From contig CACOGC010000006.1 in assembly GCA_902626645.1 (NCBI GenBank), positions 18,744 through 82,743 of the forward strand: a stretch of DNA of 64,000 bases, read 5' to 3'. This document shows positions 1 through 7,689 of the stretch, piece after piece. The DNA comes from an uncultured Pelagibacteraceae bacterium. GTDB lineage: Bacteria; Pseudomonadota; Alphaproteobacteria; Pelagibacterales; Pelagibacteraceae. A program made the position numbers and the translations under genes. How positions within the stretch are numbered: the first letter of the stretch is position 1; every line of letters starts with the position of its first letter. The notes below the pieces were generated by a model. The model worked only from the letters and a program-made list of their open reading frames with translations, made no database searches and had not been told where the DNA came from.

Positions 1-68
1 ATCGTAGCTATAGAACTATCTGGTCACGGAATTTTTGCTTCACTATTTAGATTAATTAGCTCAATGAA

Positions 69-692
69 CTAGGGCTTTGGTGGGACTTCATCTTTATCCA
101 TAAATTTGAAACCCTTTTTTACCGCTTCTCTTTCAGATATTTCGACATACCATCTAGTAAGGTTTTTATAATTTATAAGACCAATATCATGCCACTCATG
201 TCTTGCTATCCAAGGAAAAGTTCCAATGTCGGCAATTGTATAATTTTCTCCAGCTAGGAATCTTGATTTAGATAATCTTGTGTCTAATTCCTCATATATT
301 CTTTTGGATATCTTGAAATATCTTTCTTCACCAAACTGACTTTTACCAGGATTATAATGATGAAACTGATGATGTTGTCCTAACATGGGTCCAATATAAC
401 CCATCTGCGCCATCAGCCATTGGTTTACCTCTAATCGATCTTCATCATAAAATTTTCCACTTTGTTCGGCTAAATAAATTAAAATTGCCCCTGACTCGAA
501 AATATTCTTATTATTACCCTGATCAATGATCACTGGTATTTTACTAAAAGGACTTATCTTTTTAAATTCAGGTTTAAATTGATCGCCGTTGTTGAGATCT
601 ATATTTACTACTTTGTATTCATAGCTAATCTCTTCAAGCATTATGCTTATTTTTTTTCCATTAGGAGTATTAGCAGAGTAAAGCTCAATCAC
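69..692 (-). CDS. Glutathione S-transferase, Nu-class (YfcG/YghU-like)
   Basis: 207-aa ORF. The N-terminus 'ELYSANTPNGKKISIMLEE...FKPEFKKISPFSKIPVIID' aligns by eye with E. coli YfcG-type GSTs. It overlaps the upstream reductase gene by 8 nt, so it is probably operonic. Confidence 0.7.
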   Translation of the reverse strand: MIELYSANTPNGKKISIMLEEISYEYKVVNIDLNNGDQFKPEFKKISPFSKIPVIIDQGNNKNIFESGAILIYLAEQSGKFYDEDRLEVNQWLMAQMGYIGPMLGQHHQFHHYNPGKSQFGEERYFKISKRIYEELDTRLSKSRFLAGENYTIADIGTFPWIARHEWHDIGLINYKNLTRWYVEISEREAVKKGFKFMDKDEVPPKP

Positions 693-1704
693 CTTTTACG
701 CCAAGACGCTCTTTAATAGTTTTTGATGAAGTAGTAAATTCAAACCTATATTTTTCATCAGGCCTAGCTAATTTAAAACAAGCTCTTGCAGCTAAAGCAC
801 CCTCATGAAAACCTGACAAGATTAATTTTAGTTTACCTGGGTAATTACAAATATCACCCACTGCATAAATGCCTTTTTGATTTGTCTCGAATTTCTCAGT
901 ATCAACTTCAATTGTTTTTTTATCAATATTAAGACCCCAATTGGCAATTGGTCCCAATTGCATAATTAATCCAAAAAAACCTAATACATAATCTGTTTTA
1001 AGATTTTTAGTTTCATTATTGTCATTTTTAATATCAATACTCTTTACCTGATCATCCCCCTCGATCGAGCTCATTTGGTATTTTGTATAAAGATTTATTT
1101 TTCCCTCTTTAGCAAGTTCATTTACTTTATCTACAGTCGCTTGCGCACCTCTAAAATCATCTCTTCTATGAACTAAATTTACTTTTGAATTTTTTGATAA
1201 TTCAACAGCCCAATCTAAAGCACTATCCCCTCCTCCAAAAATAGATACAGTTTTACCTTCAAATATTTTTTTGTCTCTAATTGAGTAAAATAATGACTTA
1301 TTTTCAAATTTTTCACATTCCTTTACAGGAAATTTTCTAGGTTCAAAAGAGCCTACACCTCCAGCTATTATTACATTTGGGGTTAAAAATTCTTTATCAT
1401 TATTTGTTTTAACAATCCAATTGTCACCTTCTTTTTTTACTTCATCTACTCTTTCGCTTAAATGTATTTTAATATCGAAGGGTTTTATTTGATTTATTAA
1501 GTTATTAGTTAATTCTTCTCCTGTGCATTCTGGAACCGCTGGGATATCATAGATTGGTTTATCAGGATAAAGTTCTATACATTGACCACCTATTTTATCT
1601 AAGTTGTCGACAATTTCACAATTAAGTCCAATTAGTTTTAATTGATGAGCTGTAAATAGTCCGGTAGGTCCTGCTCCAATTATTAATGCATCAGTTTTAT
1701 TCAT
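685..1704 (-). CDS. Ferredoxin-NADP+ reductase, thioredoxin-reductase-like type
   Basis: 339 aa with an FAD motif 'IIGAGPTGL' and a second dinucleotide motif 'FGGGDSALDWA'. There is no CxxC redox disulfide, unlike the true TrxB at 50990. It directly abuts the 2Fe-2S ferredoxin gene with a 0-nt gap. Confidence 0.75.
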   Translation of the reverse strand: MNKTDALIIGAGPTGLFTAHQLKLIGLNCEIVDNLDKIGGQCIELYPDKPIYDIPAVPECTGEELTNNLINQIKPFDIKIHLSERVDEVKKEGDNWIVKTNNDKEFLTPNVIIAGGVGSFEPRKFPVKECEKFENKSLFYSIRDKKIFEGKTVSIFGGGDSALDWAVELSKNSKVNLVHRRDDFRGAQATVDKVNELAKEGKINLYTKYQMSSIEGDDQVKSIDIKNDNNETKNLKTDYVLGFFGLIMQLGPIANWGLNIDKKTIEVDTEKFETNQKGIYAVGDICNYPGKLKLILSGFHEGALAARACFKLARPDEKYRFEFTTSSKTIKERLGVKGD

Positions 1705-2025
1705 TTATGACTGTTTCGAAGGTATGCTAACTTCAAGTCCATCTAAATCATCAGACACTATTATTTGACAACTCAATCTGCTATTTTTTTTTGGTTCAAA
1801 TGCCATATCCAACATATCTTCTTCTCCATCTTCTTTGACAGGAAGTTTATCAAACCATTCATCTTTTACATACACATGACATGTCGCACAAGCCATACCA
1901 CCTCCACAATCTGCATCGATTCCAGGAATGTCATTCTGTACTGCGCCCTCCATAACAGTTAATCCATTTTGAACGTCAACAGTGTGATTTTTATTATCGT
2001 GTGTAATGAAGGTTATTTTTGCCAT
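1705..2025 (-). CDS. 2Fe-2S ferredoxin (adrenodoxin/putidaredoxin type)
   Basis: Cys ligand pattern '[17 protein letters not shown] ... SRLSCQI'. I trimmed the start to '[10 protein letters not shown]' at 2025 because the longer ORF (to 2073) runs through the proteorhodopsin terminator hairpin. Confidence 0.85.
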   Translation of the reverse strand: MAKITFITHDNKNHTVDVQNGLTVMEGAVQNDIPGIDADCGGGMACATCHVYVKDEWFDKLPVKEDGEEDMLDMAFEPKKNSRLSCQIIVSDDLDGLEVSIPSKQS

Positions 2026-2029
2026 AAGT

Positions 2030-2059
2030 ATTATATAGTTATGCAAAAAAATAGGGCAA
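2030..2059 (-). promoter_or_regulatory. Candidate sigma70-type promoter for the ferredoxin operon (-35 TTGCCC, 18-nt spacer, -10 TATAAT), possibly giving a leaderless mRNA
   Basis: On the minus strand, TATAAT lies at 2035..2030, only 4 nt before the ATG at 2025. TTGCCC lies at 2059..2054, inside the terminator arm. No Shine-Dalgarno is visible. AT-rich DNA produces such hexamers by chance. Confidence 0.3.
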
Positions 2060-2084
2060 GTATGTGAAAACATACTCGCCCTAT
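2044..2084 (-). terminator. Rho-independent terminator of the proteorhodopsin gene
   Basis: The arms 2051-2064 and 2071-2084 form a 14-bp stem with a 6-nt loop. The single non-Watson-Crick position is a G-U wobble on the minus-strand RNA but an A-C mismatch on the plus strand. A U7 tract follows on the minus strand (A-run 2044-2050). The stem starts 21 nt after the PR stop codon. Confidence 0.8.
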
Positions 2085-2104
2085 AAATTTATTTTAAAGC
2101 GTAA

Positions 2105-2875
2105 TTATCTTGCTCTTGCACCAGCTGAACTTACTGCAGCAGCCCAGATTACTAGACCAAATGCAATTTTGTTTATAAAGTCAGCTAAGTTGTAAATCAC
2201 GTTTAGTGAGTCAGCGTCTACTCCACCTGTTAGGTAACCAAAAATGTAACCTAATGGGTAAATAGCCCATCCTACTGTTACGATCATTCTCATCGCACCA
2301 AAAGCAGTAACAAGAGCTTTGTTTCCACTCTTAGCAGCAGCTTTTCCAGCTTCTCCTGAGAATATTTCATATAGAATGTATATCCAACCTGCCATACCGA
2401 TTACAAAACCAAGTGTAGCGTTGATATATCCAGCTTCTCCTAAATATCCACCGATTAACATTACTAATGAACCGATTAACAATCTCCAGAACATTCCAGA
2501 GTTTGCTTTTCTTACAGCTGCTAGAATTAAGTAGAACTCTATCATCTGTAATGGCACAGTAATTAACCAGTCAATATATCTATACACTGTAGGTGAATCA
2601 CCAGTAGTCACCCATACATCTCTCATGTACATGTAATGGATGAATGCAATACCAGTTACAAGACCAGCAACAGTTACTGACGTTTTCCAGCCAGGAGCCA
2701 CTGTACCTCTCTCCATGAAGAAGAAAGCAGTAGCAGCCAACATACCCATTGAAATTATCCAGAAAGATATCCCAACAAAGTCATCTTGAGCTAACATAGT
2801 GGTCGCTGCGTTTGCAACACCTGTAATACCGATAAGGGCAACAGCTGCTAATGCAAACATTTTAAGTTTTTTCAT
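2105..2875 (-). CDS. Proteorhodopsin (light-driven proton pump, type-1 rhodopsin)
   Basis: 256 aa with a signal peptide 'ALIGITGVANA'. Near-identical blocks to reference PR: 'GDSPTVYRYIDWLITVPLQMIEFYLIL' (proton acceptor Asp and donor Glu), 'FIHYMYMR', and 'IYNLADFINKIAFGL' (Schiff-base Lys). Confidence 0.97.
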   Translation of the reverse strand: MKKLKMFALAAVALIGITGVANAATTMLAQDDFVGISFWIISMGMLAATAFFFMERGTVAPGWKTSVTVAGLVTGIAFIHYMYMRDVWVTTGDSPTVYRYIDWLITVPLQMIEFYLILAAVRKANSGMFWRLLIGSLVMLIGGYLGEAGYINATLGFVIGMAGWIYILYEIFSGEAGKAAAKSGNKALVTAFGAMRMIVTVGWAIYPLGYIFGYLTGGVDADSLNVIYNLADFINKIAFGLVIWAAAVSSAGARAR

Positions 2876-2881
2876 AAAAAA

Positions 2882-2889
2882 CTCCCTCT
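2882..2889 (-). promoter_or_regulatory. Strong Shine-Dalgarno (AGAGGGAG) for proteorhodopsin
   Basis: The minus strand reads AGAGGGAG-TTTTTT-ATG, an 8-nt purine-rich match to the anti-SD placed 6 nt before the start codon. Confidence 0.6.
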
Positions 2890-2966
2890 TTAGTTAGTTT
2901 TTATTAGTTTATATAAACTAAGCTTAGGTCGCCCTAAGCAAAAGTTGTGGTTAAATACCAAATTAA

Positions 2967-2990
2967 AAGACTTAATTGAAGACTTAATTG
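2967..2990. repeat. Perfect 12-bp tandem direct repeat (AAGACTTAATTG x2) in the PR/prpE divergent intergenic region
   Basis: Positions 2967-2978 and 2979-2990 are identical. Confidence 0.9.
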
Positions 2991-3003
2991 TCATTAATTT
3001 ACA

Positions 3004-3032
3004 TTGATTTTACTTGTTTTTTAAAATTAAAT
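3004..3032 (+). promoter_or_regulatory. Candidate prpE promoter (-35 TTGATT, 17-nt spacer, -10 TTAAAT)
   Basis: Hexamers at 3004-3009 and 3027-3032, about 54 nt before the prpE ATG. The AT-rich background makes this weak evidence. Confidence 0.25.
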
Positions 3033-3085
3033 ACAATTTGTGATTTAAAAACCACAACAAATTATAACAACGAATCAAAATAACT

Positions 3086-4987
3086 ATGTCAGACAAATTC
3101 AGTAAAATTTACGATCTTTCTATAAATGATCCTGAAAAATTTTGGCAAGAGGCTGCAGATGACATCTTTTGGTTTAAGAAACCAACAAAAATTTTAAATA
3201 AATCTAATCCCCCTTTTTACAAATGGTACGAAGATGGAGTGACTAATACATGTTACAACGCCTTAGATTTTCACATTGATCAAGGCAAAGGAAGTAAAAC
3301 TGCTTTAATTTATGATAGTCCCATCACAGGAAACAAAAGTAAGTTCACTTACGAGGAATTAAAATCAAAAGTTTCAAAGTTTGCTGGTGCACTGAAGGAT
3401 CAAGACGTCAACAAAGGGGATCGAGTTATTATTTATATGCCAATGATACCTGAAGCGGTTGTTGCAATGCTTGCTTGTGCAAGAATTGGTGCAATACACT
3501 CAGTAGTGTTCGGTGGATTTGCTTCAAATGAGCTTGCAAGTAGAATCGATGATAGTAAAGCCAAACTTTTAGTGACCGCTTCATGTGGTTTTGAACCTGG
3601 ACGAACTGTTGAATACAAACCTTTAGTAGATGAAGCAATCAAACAGGCTCAACATAAAATTAGTAAGATGATTTTATTTCAAAGAAAAGGTCACGAAGTG
3701 AAATTAAATGCACCAGTGGAAATAAGTTGGGATGAAGCTCATGCAAATGCCAAAGATACTGATTGTGTTGAAATGAACTCAAATGAATTTGCTTACATAC
3801 TTTACACCTCGGGTACCACTGGAACTCCAAAAGGTATTGTTAGAGATATTGGTGGTCACATCGTTGCATTAAAATGGACGATGAAAAATATTTATAACAT
3901 TGATGCAGATGATATTTGGTGGTCAGCGAGTGATATTGGTTGGATCGTTGGTCATTCCTATATTGTTTATGCTCCATTATTTAAAGGATGTACTACTGTA
4001 TTGTTTGAAGGGAAACCTGTCGGCACACCTGATGCGGGAGCATTCTGGAAGATAATTTCTGACTATAAAGTAAAATCTTTATTCACTGCGCCAACTGCTT
4101 TTAGAGCTATTAAAAAAGAAGATCCCGAAGGAAAATTTTTTTCAAAATATGATTTAAGTAAATTTGAAAGTCTTTTTCTTGCAGGTGAGCGTGCAGATCC
4201 AGACACAATAAAGTGGGCAGAGAATTTATTGAAAGTTCCAGTAATTGATCATTGGTGGCAAACTGAAACAAGTTGGGCAATAAGTTCAAACTGTACTGGT
4301 ATACAAATGATGAAAACAAAATATGGCTCAGCTTGTAAAGCTGTACCTGGTTATGATGTTAAAATTATTAAATCAGACCAAACTTTAGCTAAACCAAATG
4401 AGATGGGAGATATTGTAGTAAAATTACCTTTACCTCCAGGAACTTTTCCAACTCTTTGGAATGCAGATCAAAGATATAAAGAAAATTACATGTCAAATTA
4501 TGAGGGATACTATCAAACTTATGATGCTGGTCACATTGATGAAGATGGATACATCTGGATCATGTCTAGAACCGATGACATTATTAATGTTGCAGGTCAC
4601 AGATTATCAACAGGTGCAATAGAGGAGGTTTTATCAGAACATCAATCAGTTGCGGAATGTGCAGTGCTTGGAATAGCTGACAAATTAAAAGGTCAATTAC
4701 CTATCGGATTAATTGTTTTAAAAGCAGGAGTAGATAAAGATAACGAAACAATTTCTAAAGAATGCATTCAAATGGTACGAGATAAAATTGGACCTGTGGC
4801 TGCTTTTAAAGTTGCAATTGTTATTAAAAGACTGCCAAAAACAAGATCAGGTAAAATTTTAAGAGGAACTATTAGAAAAATCGCTGATAGTGTTGAATAT
4901 AAAATGCCTCCAACCATTGATGATCCAGCTATTCTAGATGAAATCAAAGAAGATTTAATCAAAAATAATATTCTTAAAAGTGCTTAA
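3086..4987 (+). CDS. prpE: Propionate-CoA ligase (PrpE-type acyl-CoA synthetase)
   Basis: 633 aa. The N-terminal 180 aa align closely by eye with E. coli PrpE ('INDPEKFW', 'NPPF..W..G.TN.CYNA.D', 'GDRV.IYMPMIPEA....LACARIGAIHSVVFGGFAS'). An AMP-binding motif 'YTSGTTGTPKG' is present. Confidence 0.8.
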   Translation: MSDKFSKIYDLSINDPEKFWQEAADDIFWFKKPTKILNKSNPPFYKWYEDGVTNTCYNALDFHIDQGKGSKTALIYDSPITGNKSKFTYEELKSKVSKFAGALKDQDVNKGDRVIIYMPMIPEAVVAMLACARIGAIHSVVFGGFASNELASRIDDSKAKLLVTASCGFEPGRTVEYKPLVDEAIKQAQHKISKMILFQRKGHEVKLNAPVEISWDEAHANAKDTDCVEMNSNEFAYILYTSGTTGTPKGIVRDIGGHIVALKWTMKNIYNIDADDIWWSASDIGWIVGHSYIVYAPLFKGCTTVLFEGKPVGTPDAGAFWKIISDYKVKSLFTAPTAFRAIKKEDPEGKFFSKYDLSKFESLFLAGERADPDTIKWAENLLKVPVIDHWWQTETSWAISSNCTGIQMMKTKYGSACKAVPGYDVKIIKSDQTLAKPNEMGDIVVKLPLPPGTFPTLWNADQRYKENYMSNYEGYYQTYDAGHIDEDGYIWIMSRTDDIINVAGHRLSTGAIEEVLSEHQSVAECAVLGIADKLKGQLPIGLIVLKAGVDKDNETISKECIQMVRDKIGPVAAFKVAIVIKRLPKTRSGKILRGTIRKIADSVEYKMPPTIDDPAILDEIKEDLIKNNILKSA

Positions 4988-5312
4988 AACTTATTTATTT
5001 TTAATAGGAGCAATATTTTGTGAAGTAGCTGGTACAATGTTACTTCCTGTTTCTCAAAATTTTACCAAGTTAATTCCAACAACTTTCCTTGCAATTTTTT
5101 ATATTAGTGCATTGTATTTGCTTACTTTTGTTGTGAATAAACTTCCAATAGCAATCGTTTACGCAACATGGAGTGGACTTGGAATATTTACGATAGCAAT
5201 ACTTGGATATATCTTTTTTAAGCAGACCCTGGCTTGGCAAGCAATTCTGGGTTTATTTTTAATTGTAATTGGGGTGGTGCTAGTAAATAGCTTTGCGATA
5301 AAACTTAATTAA
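4980..5312 (+). CDS. SMR-family small multidrug/quaternary-cation exporter (EmrE/SugE-like)
   Basis: 110 aa with four TM segments, the conserved membrane Glu in 'AIFCEVAGT' and the 'YATWSGLG' motif. The GTG start overlaps the prpE stop by 8 nt. Confidence 0.75.
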   Translation: MLKTYLFLIGAIFCEVAGTMLLPVSQNFTKLIPTTFLAIFYISALYLLTFVVNKLPIAIVYATWSGLGIFTIAILGYIFFKQTLAWQAILGLFLIVIGVVLVNSFAIKLN

Positions 5313-6612
5313 ATATTAATGGGGTTCCTTCTGGATCTCCTAAAATTTTACCATCTTTCATTTTTGTTTTACCAGCAATAATTGTTGTAACTGGAGTGCC
5401 TTTAAATTCAACTTCATCAAAAGGTGACCATCCACATTTACTTTCAATATTTTCATTTTTAATCACAATCTTTTTATTCATATCAACAATAGTGAAATCA
5501 GCATCATAACCCTCTTTAATAAATCCTTTATTCTTGATGCCAAAAATTTTAATTGGATTTTCACACACTAAATTCATTAATTGATTAAGTGATAATTTTC
5601 CATCATTAACATGGTTTAACATCACTGGCATTAATGTTTGAACACCAGGCATACCAGAGGGTGAGTTGGGATATTCTTTATCTTTGTTTGCTTTTAAATG
5701 TGGGGCGTGGTCTGAGCCAATTGTGTCATTTATATTATTTTTAACTGCATACCATAATCGATCATAATGAGATTTATCTCTGATTGGCGGATTCATTTGT
5801 GCATATGTTCCAAGTTTGTCATAACAATCTGGAGCATAGATCGTTAAATGCTGTGGGGTAATTTCGAAAGTAATATTACCTTTGTGTTGAGATAAAAAAT
5901 CTATTTCTTGCTTAGTAGTAATATGAAGTACATGAGCTTTCTTATTATACTTATTCGCAATTCTAACAATTCTTCTAGTTGAAGAAATGGCACACTCCTC
6001 ACTCCGCCAAACAGGGTGTGAATGCACATCTCCATTTTTAATTAATTTTTTATTCCTATTTAAAATTTCCTCATCTTCTGAATGAACCGCAACAATTTTT
6101 GAGCAATGTTGAAAGACTTTATCGATGTCCTCTTCAAGAGCTACTAAAAGATTACCTGTTGATGAACCTACAAATAATTTAATACCACAACATCCTTCCA
6201 AATCTTTTAGCTCTGCTAACTGATTAACGTTCTCGGCTGTTGCACCAAAATAGAAAGCATAATTGCAATACATTCTATTTTTCGCAAGATCTAATTTTCT
6301 TTGAAATTCTTTTATGTTTGATGTAGGTGGGTTAGTATTTGGCATTTCAAATACTGCAGTGATACCTCCCGCAACTGCAGCTCTACTTCCAGAATGAAGA
6401 TCCTCTGTGTCTGTTGAGCCTGGTTCTCTAAAATGAGTTTGGGTATCAATACATCCAGGCAAGACTATTAGGTTTTTTGCATCATATACTTCTTTTGCAT
6501 CTTCTGAAACTTCACCAATTTTTGATATCTTGCCGTCTTTAACAGCAACATCTTTATTTTCTAACTTTCCATTAATATAACATTGCCCGTTTTTGATTAT
6601 TAGATCTAACAT
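5305..6612 (-). CDS. pyrC: Dihydroorotase (cyclic amidohydrolase superfamily)
   Basis: 435 aa with the metal-binding motif 'PGCIDTQTHFREPG', 'VFEMPNTNPP' and 'IGSDHAPH'. Other members of the superfamily (allantoinase, hydantoinase) are not fully excluded. Confidence 0.7.
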   Translation of the reverse strand: MLDLIIKNGQCYINGKLENKDVAVKDGKISKIGEVSEDAKEVYDAKNLIVLPGCIDTQTHFREPGSTDTEDLHSGSRAAVAGGITAVFEMPNTNPPTSNIKEFQRKLDLAKNRMYCNYAFYFGATAENVNQLAELKDLEGCCGIKLFVGSSTGNLLVALEEDIDKVFQHCSKIVAVHSEDEEILNRNKKLIKNGDVHSHPVWRSEECAISSTRRIVRIANKYNKKAHVLHITTKQEIDFLSQHKGNITFEITPQHLTIYAPDCYDKLGTYAQMNPPIRDKSHYDRLWYAVKNNINDTIGSDHAPHLKANKDKEYPNSPSGMPGVQTLMPVMLNHVNDGKLSLNQLMNLVCENPIKIFGIKNKGFIKEGYDADFTIVDMNKKIVIKNENIESKCGWSPFDEVEFKGTPVTTIIAGKTKMKDGKILGDPEGTPLIFN

Positions 6613-6655
6613 TTTCGAAAAAAGTTATTATATTAAAATTAGATATCAATCAAAT

Positions 6656-7543
6656 ATGAATAATAGTGTTTATATATTAGAAGATAGAGCCATACTTTAC
6701 GTAAATGGTTCAGATGCAAAAGATTTTCTGCAAAATCTAATTAGCAATGACATTAATAAAGTTTCAGATAACTCCAGTTGTTTTGCATCATTGTTTACTC
6801 CACAAGGTAAATTTTTATATGAATTCATGGTTGTGAAACACAAATTGGGTTACTTCATTGATTGTGAAAAATCTCAGTCTGAAGAGATATTTAAACAATT
6901 AAATTTATATAAAATAAGATCAAAAGTAGAAATTCTTAATTTAAGTAACGAATTTGTAGTTGCTAGTTTTGGATACGAAAAATATTTATCTATTAAAGGT
7001 GCAAAGGATGTCTTAGGTTTTACATTTAAATATAGAGAAGATCCTATTTTTTTAGATCCAAGAAATAAACACTTGGGTGCTAGACTTATAATTAATCTTG
7101 AAAAACTTTATTTATCTTTGAAAAAGCTTGATCTTAAAAACGATAAAATTGAAAACTATCATATTTATAGTCATAAACTTGGTATAGTTCCAAAAGACTT
7201 AAATAAATTGAAGAATAAATTATTTGGTATTGAGTGTAACTTTGAAGAGCTAAATGGTATTGATTTTAAAAAAGGCTGTTATGTTGGGCAAGAAAATACT
7301 GCAAGAATAAAATTAAAGAATAAGCTATCCAAAAGATTACTACCAATCGAGATTATTGATGGAGAATTAATTGAGAATGAAAGTGTCTTAAATAATAATG
7401 TTGAGATTGGAAAAGTCTTGATTAATGAAACATATCCTTTTGCCCTCATTAAATATTTAGATTCCAATTTTGAAAAGGACAAAATATTTCAAGGTAAAAA
7501 TGGTTCTTTTAAAATTTTCGTGCCTGAATGGCTTAAAATTTAA
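6656..7543 (+). CDS. ygfZ: YgfZ-type folate-binding Fe-S cluster repair / tRNA-modification protein
   Basis: Carries the signature 'DFKKGCYVGQENTARIK' and 'ILYVNGSDAKDFLQNLISND'. I trimmed the start to the ATG at 6656 ('MNNSVYILEDR'). The longer ORF would overlap pyrC's start head-to-head. Confidence 0.7.
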   Translation: MNNSVYILEDRAILYVNGSDAKDFLQNLISNDINKVSDNSSCFASLFTPQGKFLYEFMVVKHKLGYFIDCEKSQSEEIFKQLNLYKIRSKVEILNLSNEFVVASFGYEKYLSIKGAKDVLGFTFKYREDPIFLDPRNKHLGARLIINLEKLYLSLKKLDLKNDKIENYHIYSHKLGIVPKDLNKLKNKLFGIECNFEELNGIDFKKGCYVGQENTARIKLKNKLSKRLLPIEIIDGELIENESVLNNNVEIGKVLINETYPFALIKYLDSNFEKDKIFQGKNGSFKIFVPEWLKI

Positions 7544-7547
7544 ATAT

Positions 7548-7633
7548 TGGTGCGGCTAGAGAGACTCGAACTCTCATGGACTAGGTCCACACGGCCCTCA
7601 ACCGTGCCTGTCTACCAATTTCAGCATAGCCGC
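7548..7633 (-). tRNA. tRNA-Leu (anticodon GAG), 86 nt with encoded CCA
   Basis: The reverse complement folds as a class-II tRNA. Acceptor GCGGCTA/TAGCCGC, anticodon arm CACGG-TTGAGGG-CCGTG, long variable arm, T-arm GAGAG-TTCGAGT-CTCTC, then A-CCA. It sits antisense to both neighbours, 4 nt from the ygfZ stop. Confidence 0.9.
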
Positions 7634-7689
7634 ACATTTGACCCACATTAAATCAATGACAAGTAGGTTTCAAATTGATAAATTTTATC

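Noticed and set aside
2026-2073. N-terminal 16-codon extension of the ferredoxin ORF ('[16 protein letters not shown]').
   Set aside because: It runs through the proteorhodopsin terminator hairpin and is not part of the ferredoxin fold. The conserved protein begins at '[10 protein letters not shown]'.
2105-2875. Visibly higher G+C content of proteorhodopsin (and of ftsZ, rpoD, carB, rnpB and the tRNAs) as a sign of recent horizontal transfer.
   Set aside because: The richer composition tracks Ala/Gly-rich or highly conserved protein sequence and structural RNA constraints. No flanking repeats, integrase or tRNA-target duplication is present. Composition alone cannot support HGT here, and I cannot compute codon statistics.
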